DNA of 15,610 nucleotides from Octopus sinensis (taxonomy: Eukaryota): positions 1-15,610 of the forward strand of contig NW_021825467.1 of assembly GCF_006345805.1 (NCBI RefSeq), given 5' to 3'. Positions within the stretch are counted from its first letter, which is position 1, and each line of letters opens with the position of its first letter. Positions 1-9,804 of the stretch are shown piece by piece. The translations under genes were made by a program, and so were the position numbers. Under the pieces are notes generated by a model. It ran no database searches, had not been told where the DNA came from, and saw nothing but the letters and a program-made list of their open reading frames with translations.

Positions 1-207
1 GCGGCGAGCTGGCAGAACGTAAGCACGCCAGGCGAAATACAAAGTGGTATTCGTCTGCGTTACGTTGTGAGGTCGACTTTGCCCTTCATCCTTCGGGTTG
101 ATAATTAAGTACCAGTTACGCACTGGGGTCGATGTAATCGACTTAATCCGTTTGTTGTCCTTGTTTGTCTCCTCTGTGTTAGCCCTTGGGGTAATAAAGA
201 AATAGGA
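1..207 (+). mobile_element. tRNA-derived SINE, family A (B box deleted in this copy)
   Basis: Aligns by eye with the minus-strand copy at 6947-7172 (ggcg.gctg head; cc(c/t)ttcatcct..gataa.t.a.tac..g body; ctgg.gtc.atgta.tc.act). Relative to that copy it lacks the gttcaaattcc B-box segment after tgag at 68-71. The ttcatccttc-gg-gataa-aagtacc block resembles the conserved Deu/Nin-type SINE domain (recalled, unverified). May start just upstream of the window. Confidence 0.85.
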
Positions 208-351
208 TATGAAGGAGCGATGCTAGAGCTGAGAAATTTTACATGCATTAATTTCAACACTTTTTATTATAACTGCATTGTTTCTTCCAGGTAAACTATT
301 CGACTGGTTAAAGAAGACTTCAGAAGTAACTTGCGGCAACTTCTCTGGAAC

Positions 352-820
352 ATGGACGAAATTAAGCACCGTGGTGTAATGAAGTACCTGCAGAAAAAGG
401 ATTTATCCCCACCACCACCACCACCCGGACATTGCTGCTTATATGGGTGTTACATAAGGGGATTAAGGAGGGAAAGGGAGAGTCTTGATGGTGATCAAGG
501 TCTGGATGTCTTGCGACTGCTATCACCGAGTAAAAACATCGATCTTGTTCACCACATGCTGATGGACAACAGGCAATTGACTATAATCAAAGAGCCAAAC
601 GCTATTGGCATATTCCATGAGAGAGTCTAGAATATTCTGCCAATGAAGTTGGCATGACGAAAGTTCTGTTCAGTAGGTGCCACGTCTTCTGACAACTGAT
701 CAAAAGTGCACCAGGCTGTTGAGGCAGATGCAGCTGGCTTCCTTGAACGTTTCCTAACTCAGATGAGTGTTGGATTCATCACTCTGAGCCAAAGACAAAA
801 AGACAGTCCATGGCAGTGGA
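352..820 (+). pseudogene. Degenerate mariner (DD34D-type) transposase, N-terminal half; element probably begins ~225
   Basis: Stitching frames gives MDEIKHRGVMKYLQKKDLS (352), RESLDGD/RSGCLATAIT (decayed ESLEDDPRSGRP HTH motif), NIDLVHHMLMDNRQLT, *VPRLLTTDQKCTR (674; WVPxxL motif with W changed to TAG), LFEADAAGFLERFLT and DECWIHHSEPKTKRQSM (first catalytic Asp, TGDETW-like). Stops, frameshifts and deletions; truncated at ~820; no TIR pair seen. Confidence 0.92.
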
Positions 821-987
821 TTTTATTCAATAATTTTTCACTCCAGAAAGACAAACCTTAATGTTAGTAAATTTCCATAACACACTTGAATTCGAACTTG
901 TACTGCTTTCGGTTAGATTGCGACAGAATATGAATTAAGGACATTCAAAATTGTTTCTTTCTATTTCTGGGAATATAAGTGACACTA

Positions 988-1720
988 TTTTCTTTCTTCC
1001 TCCTTCACCTTCCTTTCTATCTTTCTTCCTTCCTTCCTTCATTCTTTTCTTTCTTCCTTCCTTCCTTCCTTCCTTCCTTTCTTACTTTCTTTCTTCCTTT
1101 CTTTCCTTCTTTCTTTCATTCTTTCTTTGTTTCTTTGTTTCTTTCTTTCTTCCTTCCTACCTTTCTTTCTTTCTTACTTCATTCCTTTCTTCCTTTCTTC
1201 CTTCCTGTCTTTCTCTCTTTCTTTCTTTCTTTCTTTCTTTCATTCTTTCTTTATTCTTTTATTCCTATCTTTCTTTCTTTCTTTCTTCCTTCCTTCCATC
1301 CATCCATTCTTTCTTTATTCCTTCCTTCCTTTCTTCCACCTTTCTTTCTTTCTTTCTTTCTTCTTCCCTTCTTTTATTCCTTTCTTTCTTACTTTCTTCC
1401 TTTCTTCCTTTCTTCCTTCCTGTCTTTCTCTCATTCTTTCTTTCTTACTTTCTTTCGTCCTCCCTTCCTTTATTCTTTCCTTTCGTCCATTCTTTCTTTC
1501 TTTCTTTTATTCTTTCTTCCTGTCTTTCTTTCTTTCTTTATTTATTTCCTTCTTTCTTTCATTCTTTCTTTCTTCCTTCCTTTCTTCCTTCCTTCATTCC
1601 TTTCTTTCTTTGTTCCTTGCTTTCTTCCTTTCTTCCTTTCTTCCATTCTTCCTTTCATTCTTCCATTCTTCCTTTCTTCCTTTTTTTCTTTCTTTCTTTT
1701 CTTCTTCTTCCTTCCTTTCT

Positions 1721-1753
<33 letters not shown>

Positions 1754-2138
1754 TTTCTTTCTTTCTTTCTTCTTCCTTCCTTTCCTTCTTTCTTTCTTTC
1801 TTCCTTCTTTCCTACCATTCTTTCCTTCTTCTCCTTCTTTCTTCTTTCTTTCTTCCTTTCTTCCTTTCTTTCTTTCTTTTCTTTCTTTCTTCCTTCTTCC
1901 TATTTCTTTCTTTCTTTCTTCTTTCTTTCTTTCTTTCTTCTTTCTTCTTTCCTTCTCCTTCCTTTTTTCTTCTTTCTTCTTCCTTTCTCTTTCTTTCTTT
2001 CTTCTCCTTTCTTCCTTCCTTCCTTCCTTTCTCTTTCTTTCTTTCTTTCTTCTTCTTTCTGTCTGTTTTTCTTTCTTTCTTTCTTTCTTTCCTTCTTCGT
2101 TTCTTCATTTCTTTCTTTCTTTCTTCCTTCCTTCCTTC

Positions 2139-2175
<37 letters not shown>

Positions 2176-2472
2176 TTTCCTTCTTTCTTTCTTTCTTTCT
2201 CTCTTCCTTTCCTTCTTTCTTTGATTCTTTCTTTCTTTCTTCCTTTCTTTCTTTGTGTTTTTCTTTCTTTCTTTCTTTCTTCCTGTCTTTCTTTCTTCAT
2301 TTTTCCTTTCTTCCTTTCTTTCTTTCTTTCTTTCTTCCTTCCTTTCTTTCTTTCTTCCTTTTTTCTTCCTTTCTTCCTTTCTTTCTTTCCTTCTGTCTTT
2401 CTTTCTTCTTTTCATTCTTTCTTTCTTCCTTTCTTTCTTTCTTTCTTCCTTCCTTTCTATCTTTCTTCCTTC

Positions 2473-2507
<35 letters not shown>

Positions 2508-2690
2508 TCATCCTTCCTTCCTCTCTTTCTTTCTTTCTTTCTTTCTTTCATTCTTCCTCTCCTTCCATTCTTCCATTCCTACTTTCTTTCTTTCTTTCCT
2601 TCTTTCTTCCTTTCTTTCTTTCTTTATTCCTTTCTTTCTTTCTTTCTTTCTATCTTTCTTTCTTCGTTCCTTCATTCCTTTGTTTGTTCG

Positions 2691-2722
<32 letters not shown>

Positions 2723-2809
2723 TTTCTTCCTTTCTTTCTTTCTTTCTTCCTTCCTTCCTGTCTTTCTCTCCTTCTTTCTTTCATTCATTCTTTATTTCTT
2801 CCTTTCTTC

Positions 2810-2846
<37 letters not shown>

Positions 2847-2993
2847 TTCCTTCCTTCCTTTCTTTCTTTATTCCTTCTTTCCTTTCTTCCTTCCTTCCTT
2901 TCTTTCTTTCTTTCCTTCTTCCTCCCTTCTTTTATTCCTTTCTTCCTTCCTTTCTACAATTCTTTCATTCTTTCTTTCGTTCTTTCTTCCTTC

Positions 2994-3024
<31 letters not shown>

Positions 3025-3457
3025 TCCTTCATTCTTTCTTTCATTCTTCCTTCCTTTCTTCCTTCCTTCATTCCTTCCTTCCTTTCCTTCTTTCTTTCTT
3101 TGTTTCTTGCTTTCTTACTTTCTTCCTTTCTTTGTTTGTTTGTTTCGTTCTTTCTTACTTCCTTCCTTTCTTCCTTTCTTCCTTCCTGTCTTTCTCTCAT
3201 TCTTTCTTTCTTTCTTCCTCCCTTCCTTTATTCCTTCCTTCCTTCCTTTCTTCCATTCTTTCTTTCTTTCTTTCTTCATTCTTTCTTCCTTTCTTTCTTT
3301 CTTTATTTATTTCCTTCTTACTTTCATTCTTTCTTTCTTCTTTTTCCTTTCTTCTTCCTTCATTCCTTCCTTCCTTTCCTTTTTTCTTTCTTTGTTCCTT
3401 GCTTTCTTCCTTTCTTCCTTTCTTCCATTCTTCCTTTCTTCTTTTCTTTCTTTCTTC

Positions 3458-3493
<36 letters not shown>

Positions 3494-3713
3494 TTCCCTC
3501 CTTGCTTTCTTTCTTACTTTCTTTCTTTCTTTCTTTCTTCCTTCCTTCCTTCTTTCTTCTTCTTCCTTTCCTTTCTTCCATTCTTTCCTTCTTTCTTCCT
3601 TTCTTTCTTTCTTTCTTTCTTCCTTCTTCTTTCTTCTCCTTTCTTTCTTCTTTCTTTCTTCTTTATTTCTTTCTTTCTTCTTTCTTTCTTCTTTCTTTCC
3701 TCTTCTTTCCTCT

Positions 3714-3750
<37 letters not shown>

Positions 3751-4568
3751 CTTTCTTTTTTCTTTCTTTCTTTCTTCCTTCCTTTCTTTCTTTCTTTCTT
3801 TCTTTCTTCTTTTTTCTTTCTTCCTCTCTTTCTTCTCTTTCTTCCTTTCTTCCTTCCTTTCTTCTTTCTTCCTTCCTTTCTTTCTTTCTTCCTTTCTTTT
3901 CTTCCTTTCTTCCTTTCTTTCTTTCTTTCTTTCTTTCTTCATTTCTTTCTTCTTTCTTCCTTTCTTCCTTCTTTCTTTCTTCTTCTTTCCTTTCTCTCTT
4001 TCTTCCTTCCTTTCTTTCTTTCCTTCCTTCTTTCTTCCTTCCTTCCTTTCTTTCTTTCTTTCTTCCTTTCTTCCTTTCTTTCTTTCCTTCTTTCTTTCTT
4101 TCTTTCTTTTCTTCTTTATTCCTTTCTTTCTTTCTTTCATTCTTCCTTCCTTCTTTCTTTCTTTCTTTCTTTCTCTCTTCCTTTCCTTCTTTCTTTCTTT
4201 CTTTCTTTCTTCCATTCTTTCTTTGTGTCTTTCTTTCTTTCTTTCTTTCTTTTTTCTTTCTTCCTCTCTTTCTTTATTCATTTTTTCCTTTCTTCCTTCC
4301 TTTCTTTCTTTCTTCCTTCCTTTCTTTCTTTCTTCCTTTTTTCTCTTTCTTCCTTTCTTACTTTCTTTCTTTCTTTCTTCATTTCATTCTTTCGTTCTTC
4401 CTTTCTTTCTTTCTTTGTTTCTTCTTTCCTTTCTATCTTTCTTCCTTCCTTTCTTTCTTTCTTTCCTTCTTTCATCCTTGCTTCCTTTCTTTCTTTCTTT
4501 CTTTCTTTCTTCCTCTCTTCCATTCTTCCATTCCTACTTTCTTTCTTTCTTTCTTTTCTTCTTTATTC

Positions 4569-4633
<65 letters not shown>

Positions 4634-5127
4634 TTTCTTCTTTCTTTCTTTTTATCCTTCCTTCCTTTCTTTCTTTTCTGTTCTTTCTTCCTTCCTTCCT
4701 TTCTTCCTTCCTTCCTTCCTTCTTTCCTTTCTTTCTTTCCGTCTTTCTTTCTTTCTTTCTATCTTTCTTCCATTCTTCCTTTCTTTCTTTCTTCCTTTCT
4801 TTCTTTCTTTCTTTCTTTCATTCCTTCTTTTCATTCTTTCTTCCTTTCCTTCTCTCTTTCTTTCTTTCCTTCTTTCTTTCTTCCTTTCTTTCTTCCTTTC
4901 TTTCTTTCTTTCTTCCATTCCTTCTCTCTCTTTCCTTTCCTTCTCTCTTTATTTCTTTCTTTCTTTCTTCCTTTCTTCCTTTCTTCCTTTCTTTCTTTCT
5001 TTCTTTCTCTCTTCCTTCCTTCTTTACTTTCTTTCTTTCTTCCTTTCTTTCTTTCTCTCTGTCTTTCTTTCTTCCTTCCTTCATTCCTTCCTTTCTTTCT
5101 TTCTTTCTCTCTTCCTTCTTTTCTTTT

Positions 5128-5159
<32 letters not shown>

Positions 5160-5813
5160 TTCCTTTCTTTCCTTCTTTCCTTCTTTCTTCCTTTCTGTCT
5201 TTCTCTCTTTCTTCCTTTCTTCCTTTCTTTCTTTGTTTCTTTCCTTCTCTCTTTCTTTCTTTCTTTCTTTCTTTCTCCCTTTCTTTCTTCCTTACTTTCT
5301 TTCTTCCTTTCTTTCCATCTTCCTTCCTTCCTTCCTTCTTCTTCCTTCCTTCCTTCTTTTCTTCCTTCTTTCTTTCTTGCTTTCTTTCTTCCTTTCTTTC
5401 TTTCTTTCTTCCTTCCTTCCTTTCTTTCTTTCTTTCTTCTTCTTCCTTCTTTTTTCTTTTTTCCTTTCTTTCTTCCTTTCTTCCTTCCTTTCTTTCTTCC
5501 TTCCTTTCTTTATTTCTTTCTTTCTTCCTTTCTTCCTTTTTCTTCCTTTCTTCCTGTCTTCCTTCCTTCCTTTCTTTCTTCCTTCCTTCTTTCCTTCCCT
5601 TCTTTCTTTCTTTCTTCCGTTCTTCCTTTCTTCCTTTCTTTCTTTCTTTCTTTCTTCCTTCCTTCCTTCCTTTCTTTCTTTCTTTCTTCCTTCCTTTCTT
5701 CCTCTCTTAGTTTCTGTCTTTCTTCCTTTCTTTCTTCCTAATGTCCTTTCTTTCTTTCTTTCTGCCTTCCTTCCTTCCTTCCTTCCTTCCTTCCTTCCTT
5801 CCTTCCTTTCTCT
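988..5813. repeat. 4.8-kb imperfect polypyrimidine tract (TTTC/TTCC/TTC)n
   Basis: Almost exclusively C/T on the + strand with sparse purine interruptions; ends in pure (TTCC)n at ~5765-5806. Confidence 0.99.
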
Positions 5814-6067
5814 AGGGTCTGTTATGACTTCTGAAGATGAATCACATACTTATAGTTATACTTTTGAAGGAAAAAGCTGGAGAAATAAGAAAAGAAACGA
5901 AATAATGTTTATATGCTTACCTCCTTTATAAGAAAAAGGAGTAAACCAACAGTTAAATTGCTTTTATATTTCAACTTGCCATAAAAATTACCATTGACAC
6001 AAACACAATGCACTTCGTTTACTCTTAATATTTTGGTTAAATAAATATATATATTTAGGCGTAGGAG

Positions 6068-6121
6068 TGGCTGTGTGGTAAGTAGCTTGTCTACCAACCA
6101 CATGGTTCCGGGTTCAGTCTC
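6068..6121 (+). promoter_or_regulatory. RNA Pol III internal promoter (A and B boxes) of SINE B
   Basis: Near-consensus TRGCNNARYGG-like and GGTTCRANNCC-like boxes, 32 nt apart. Confidence 0.7.
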
Positions 6122-6218
6122 ACTGCGTGGCACCTTGGGCAAGTGTCTTCTACTATAGCGTCGGGCCGACCAAAGCCTTGTGAGTGGATTTGGCAGACGG
6201 AAACTGGAAGAAGCCTGT

Positions 6219-6352
<134 letters not shown>

Positions 6353-6946
6353 TGTGTTTGTTCCCCCCAAATCCCTTGACAACCGATGCTGCTTCGGCAA
6401 AAAGAGACCGATAGAATAAGTACTAGGATCCCAAAGAATAAGTCCTGGGGTCGATTTGCTCGACTAAAGGCGGTGCTCCAGCATGGCCACAGTCAAATGA
6501 CTGAAACAAGTAAAAGAATAAAAAGAAAAGAAAAAGAATATAAATGAATAAACAAATCTCTTAAGAAGAACAGTTATGTTGTTCTTATTATCATGGCTTA
6601 ACCCCAGTCAGCCTTAACCTAGAAAACATAATCAAAAACGATTAAGTCATAACCATCCCATATTTGTTTCTAAAGCAGTGTGAGCCCTGGACCATATTGT
6701 CTCACTGTAAATTATAAACAAATAATGTTTATATCGTTTGAAATGGTTTCAACATATCCATGATTCCATTAAATAATATAGTACAAGGCCACCATTAATT
6801 CTATATGTTGTGCTAAACAATTTTCAGCCTTTCAAAAATTCTTCTCCTCTCACAAACAATAATCCCACACTCCCAAATCTCATTTGTTGTTTGGATGATT
6901 TGAAGAACAATGGAAATATTTGATATAGACTCGAATCAATAACGAC

Positions 6947-7172
6947 AATAATAATGGTTTCAGATTTTGGCACAAAGCAAGGAGCTTTGAAGAGAGGGGT
7001 TAGTTGAATACATAGACGCCAGTACTTAACCAGTATTTCATTTTATCGATGCCAAGAGGATGAAAGGTAGAGTTGAGCTGGGCGGAATTTGAACTCAAAA
7101 ACTAAAGAGCCGAAACAAATGTTGCTAAGTATTTTGTACATCATGCAAAGGATCCAGTCAGTTCACCGCCTT
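6947..7172 (-). mobile_element. SINE family A, older diverged copy
   Basis: Reverse complement reads aaggcggtgaactg...gagttcaaattcc (B box, 7084-7096)...cctttcatcctcttggcatcgataaaatgaaatactgg...aaaccattattatt; homologous to 1-207. Confidence 0.85.
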
Positions 7173-7217
7173 GATAATAATGATGAATAAATAATAATAA
7201 TAATAATAATAATAAAC

Positions 7218-7251
<34 letters not shown>

Positions 7252-7566
7252 TCAAATAATAATAATAATAACAATAATAAATAATAATAATATAATAATA
7301 ATATGATAATGACAATGGATAAATAATAATAATAATAATAATGATAATGACAATGATAATAATAATAATAATAATTAATAATAAGTAATAATAATAATAA
7401 TAATAATATATAATAATAATAACAATAATAAATAATAATAATAATAACAATAATAATATAATAATAATAATAATGATAAGACAATGATAATAATAATAAT
7501 AATAATATAATAATAATAATAATAACTATAATGATAATGACAATGATAATAATAATAATAATAATA

Positions 7567-7601
<35 letters not shown>

Positions 7602-7650
7602 TAAAATAATATAATAATAATAATGAATAATGACAATGATAATAATAATA

Positions 7651-7685
<35 letters not shown>

Positions 7686-7693
7686 GTAATAAT
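7173..7693. repeat. Imperfect (TAA)n array
   Basis: ~520 nt of TAA with a recurring gacaatg variant at 7311, 7349, 7480, 7539 and 7632. Confidence 0.98.
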
Positions 7694-7703
7694 AGGAACA
7701 TGC

Positions 7704-9202
7704 GCATCGACTGGCCTCCGTGCTGTGGGCACAACAAACACCATCCGATCGTGGTCGTTCGCCAGCCTCATCTGGCACCTGTGCCGGTGGCACATAAAGA
7801 CAACCATCCGAAGACCGGCGGACGTAGTCAGTCCACCTGTGCATACCTTCCCTCTTATGACACTTGGAAGAGCCTGTTGAGGCAAGTGTGTGACACTTGT
7901 GAAGACCTGTTGAGGCAGAGGCAAGTGTGTGACACTTGTGGAGACCTGTTGAGGCAAGTGTGTGACCCTTGTGAAGACCTGTTGAGGCAAGTGAAAATCA
8001 AACCAAATCAAAATAGAGAATATCAATGGAATTTGTATCTTTGTGGTTCCAGTACCTGGGCACACAAGAAAACCACCCCGAACGTGGCCGTAGCTGGTAC
8101 CGCATCGACTGGCCTCCGTGCTGTGGGCACAACAAACACCATCTGATCGTGGCCGTTCGCCAGCCTCACCTGGCACCTGTGTCGGTGGCACATAAAAACA
8201 CCATCCAAAGACCCGGCGACGTAGTCAGTCCACCTGTGCATACCTTCCCTCTTATGACACTTGTGAAGACCTGTTGAGGCAGAGGCAAGTGTGGTGACAC
8301 TTTGTGAAGACCTGTTGAGGCAGAGGCAAGTGTGTGACACTTGTGGAGACCTGTTGAGGCAAGTGTGTGGACACGCGTGACACTTGTGAAGACCTGTTGA
8401 GGCAAGTGAAAATCAACCAAATCAAAATAGATGAACATCAATGGAATTTGTATCTTTGTGGTTCCAGTACGGTGGCACACAAGAAAACCATCCGATCGTG
8501 GCCGTTCGCCAGCCACATCTGGCACCTGTTCGGTGGCACATAAAGACACATCCGAAGACCCGGCGACGTAGCAGTCCCACGTGCATACCTTCCTTCTTGT
8601 GACACTTGTGAAGACTGTTTAGGCAAGTGAAAATCAAATCAAATCAAAACAAATCAAAATAGATGAACATAAATGGAATTTGTATCTTTGTGGTACCAGT
8701 GCCGGTGGCACACAAGAAAATCATCCGAACGTGGCGTAGCCAGTACCGCATAGAACTGGCCTCCGTGCTTTGGGGACGTAACAAACACCATCCGATCGTG
8801 GCCGTCCGCCAGCCTCATCTGGCACCTGTGTCGGTTGGCACATAAAAACACCATCCGAGCGTGGCCGTCTGCCAGCCTCGTCTGGCACCTGCCAGCCTCA
8901 TCTGGCACCTGTGTCGGTGGCACATAAAAACCCATCCGAGCGTGGCCGTCTGCCAGCCTCGTCTGGCCACCTGTGTCGGTGGCACATAAAAACACCATCC
9001 GAGCGTGGCCGTTCGCCAGCCTCGTCTGGCACTGTGTCGGTGGCACATAAAATCACCCACTACACTCTCGGAGTGGTTGGCGTTAGGAAGGGCATCCAGC
9101 TGTAGAAACACTGCCAGATCTGACTGGCCTGGTGCAGCCTTCGGGCTCCCCAGACCCCAGTTGAACCGTCCAACCCATGCTAGCATGGAAAACGGACGCT
9201 AA

Positions 9203-9235
<33 letters not shown>
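7704..9235 (+). mobile_element. Non-autonomous modular retroposon (probably RTE-clade dependent), 5'-truncated, with internal tandem modules and (ATG)n tail
   Basis: Tandem modules 7704-9052 (first unit period 398 nt: gcatcgactggcc at 7704 and 8102), unique 3' end 9053-9202 containing ggcgttaggaagggcatccagctgtagaaac (resembles RTE 5'-UTR-derived motif, recalled), terminal stem-loop 9167-9198, (ATG)12 at 9203-9238, putative ATGC target duplication at 7700-7703 and 9236-9239. No coding capacity. Confidence 0.8.

Positions 9236-9238
<3 letters not shown>
9203..9238 (+). repeat. (ATG)12 retroposon tail
   Basis: Twelve perfect ATG units directly after the terminal stem-loop. Confidence 0.97.
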
Positions 9239-9804
9239 CCTCCTCATTGATATGATTATCCCAATTGATATAAACGTATCTGTCAAGACCTACCAAAAAC
9301 TGAGCAAATATAAAGATCTTGAAATAGAAATCAGCAAAATGTGGAACCTGATGACTAAAACAATACCTGTTGTCATAGGTGCCCTGGGAATGATAGCAAA
9401 AGGGGCTGATCGCTACCTAACTCAGATACCAGGAAACCCCAAAATGACAGAAATTCAAAAGATAGTGCTCATGAGAACTGCTCATATCCTATGCAAAGTA
9501 CTTTCTATGTAATCTCAAGTTTTAAAACAAACAATTTTCGTTTTTTTTTTTGACATTCTACTTCAAGATCTTTATATTTGCTCAGTTTTTGGTAGGTCTT
9601 GTCAGATACGTTTATATCGATTTGGACAGTCATATCAATGAGGAGGCATGTTCTTTATTACAACACTAAACGCAAAACCAAATATATGGCACACTAGGCA
9701 TAACAACAACATGAACTTCCAACCTGTTGTCTCTTGAGGTCTCTGGGTGAGACTTGGAGCCAACTTGTACAAATATAAAGCAAAAGTCAAACATAGAAAA
9801 ATAA

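Noticed and set aside
261-630. Strong splice-acceptor-like tttcttccag|G at 290 followed by a 99-aa ORF, suggesting a host exon
   Set aside because: The downstream sequence is the mariner 5' region and transposase, and the frames after the AG hit stops (TAA at 292, 309 and 377 or so). Exonisation cannot be excluded without RNA data.
879-945. Possible SINE remnant (minus-strand caagttcgaattc B-box-like)
   Set aside because: Too short and degenerate to align with the SINE copies in the window.
5830-5880. CTGAAGATG as the start of a hammerhead core
   Set aside because: No helix II or appropriately placed GAAA.
951-5931. Very long F/L/S-rich ORFs (1596, 1650 and 1151 aa) and antisense K/E/R-rich ORFs
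   Set aside because: Artefact: pyrimidine-only sequence cannot form stop codons. No domain content.
7158-7737. Poly-I/L/Y and poly-N ORFs, H/T- and YIHT-repeat ORFs (also at 5909-6419, 9635-10046, 11544-11780, 13740-14039 and 14555-15239)
   Set aside because: These are translations of microsatellites with no coding evidence.
7973-8030. Hammerhead-like CTGTTGA-GGCAAGT-GAAA at E/C junctions (also ~8393 and a degraded form ~8616)
   Set aside because: The invariant A6 is U, helix II is not formed, and there is no U16.1-H17 or helix I/III pairing.
8951-8985. HDV-like ribozyme P3/L3 resemblance (CCAG-CCTCGT-CTGG)
   Set aside because: L3 lacks the U20 position, and no upstream P1 5' strand complementary to the following CACCTGT, nor P2/P4, could be found.
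7704-9052. CRISPR-like array, or a CxxC-repeat protein (QVCDTCEDLLR) in ORF 7700-8146
   Set aside because: The 'spacers' are themselves repeated modules, there are no cas genes, and the context is eukaryotic. The ORFs are short, frameshift between repeat copies and occur on both strands.
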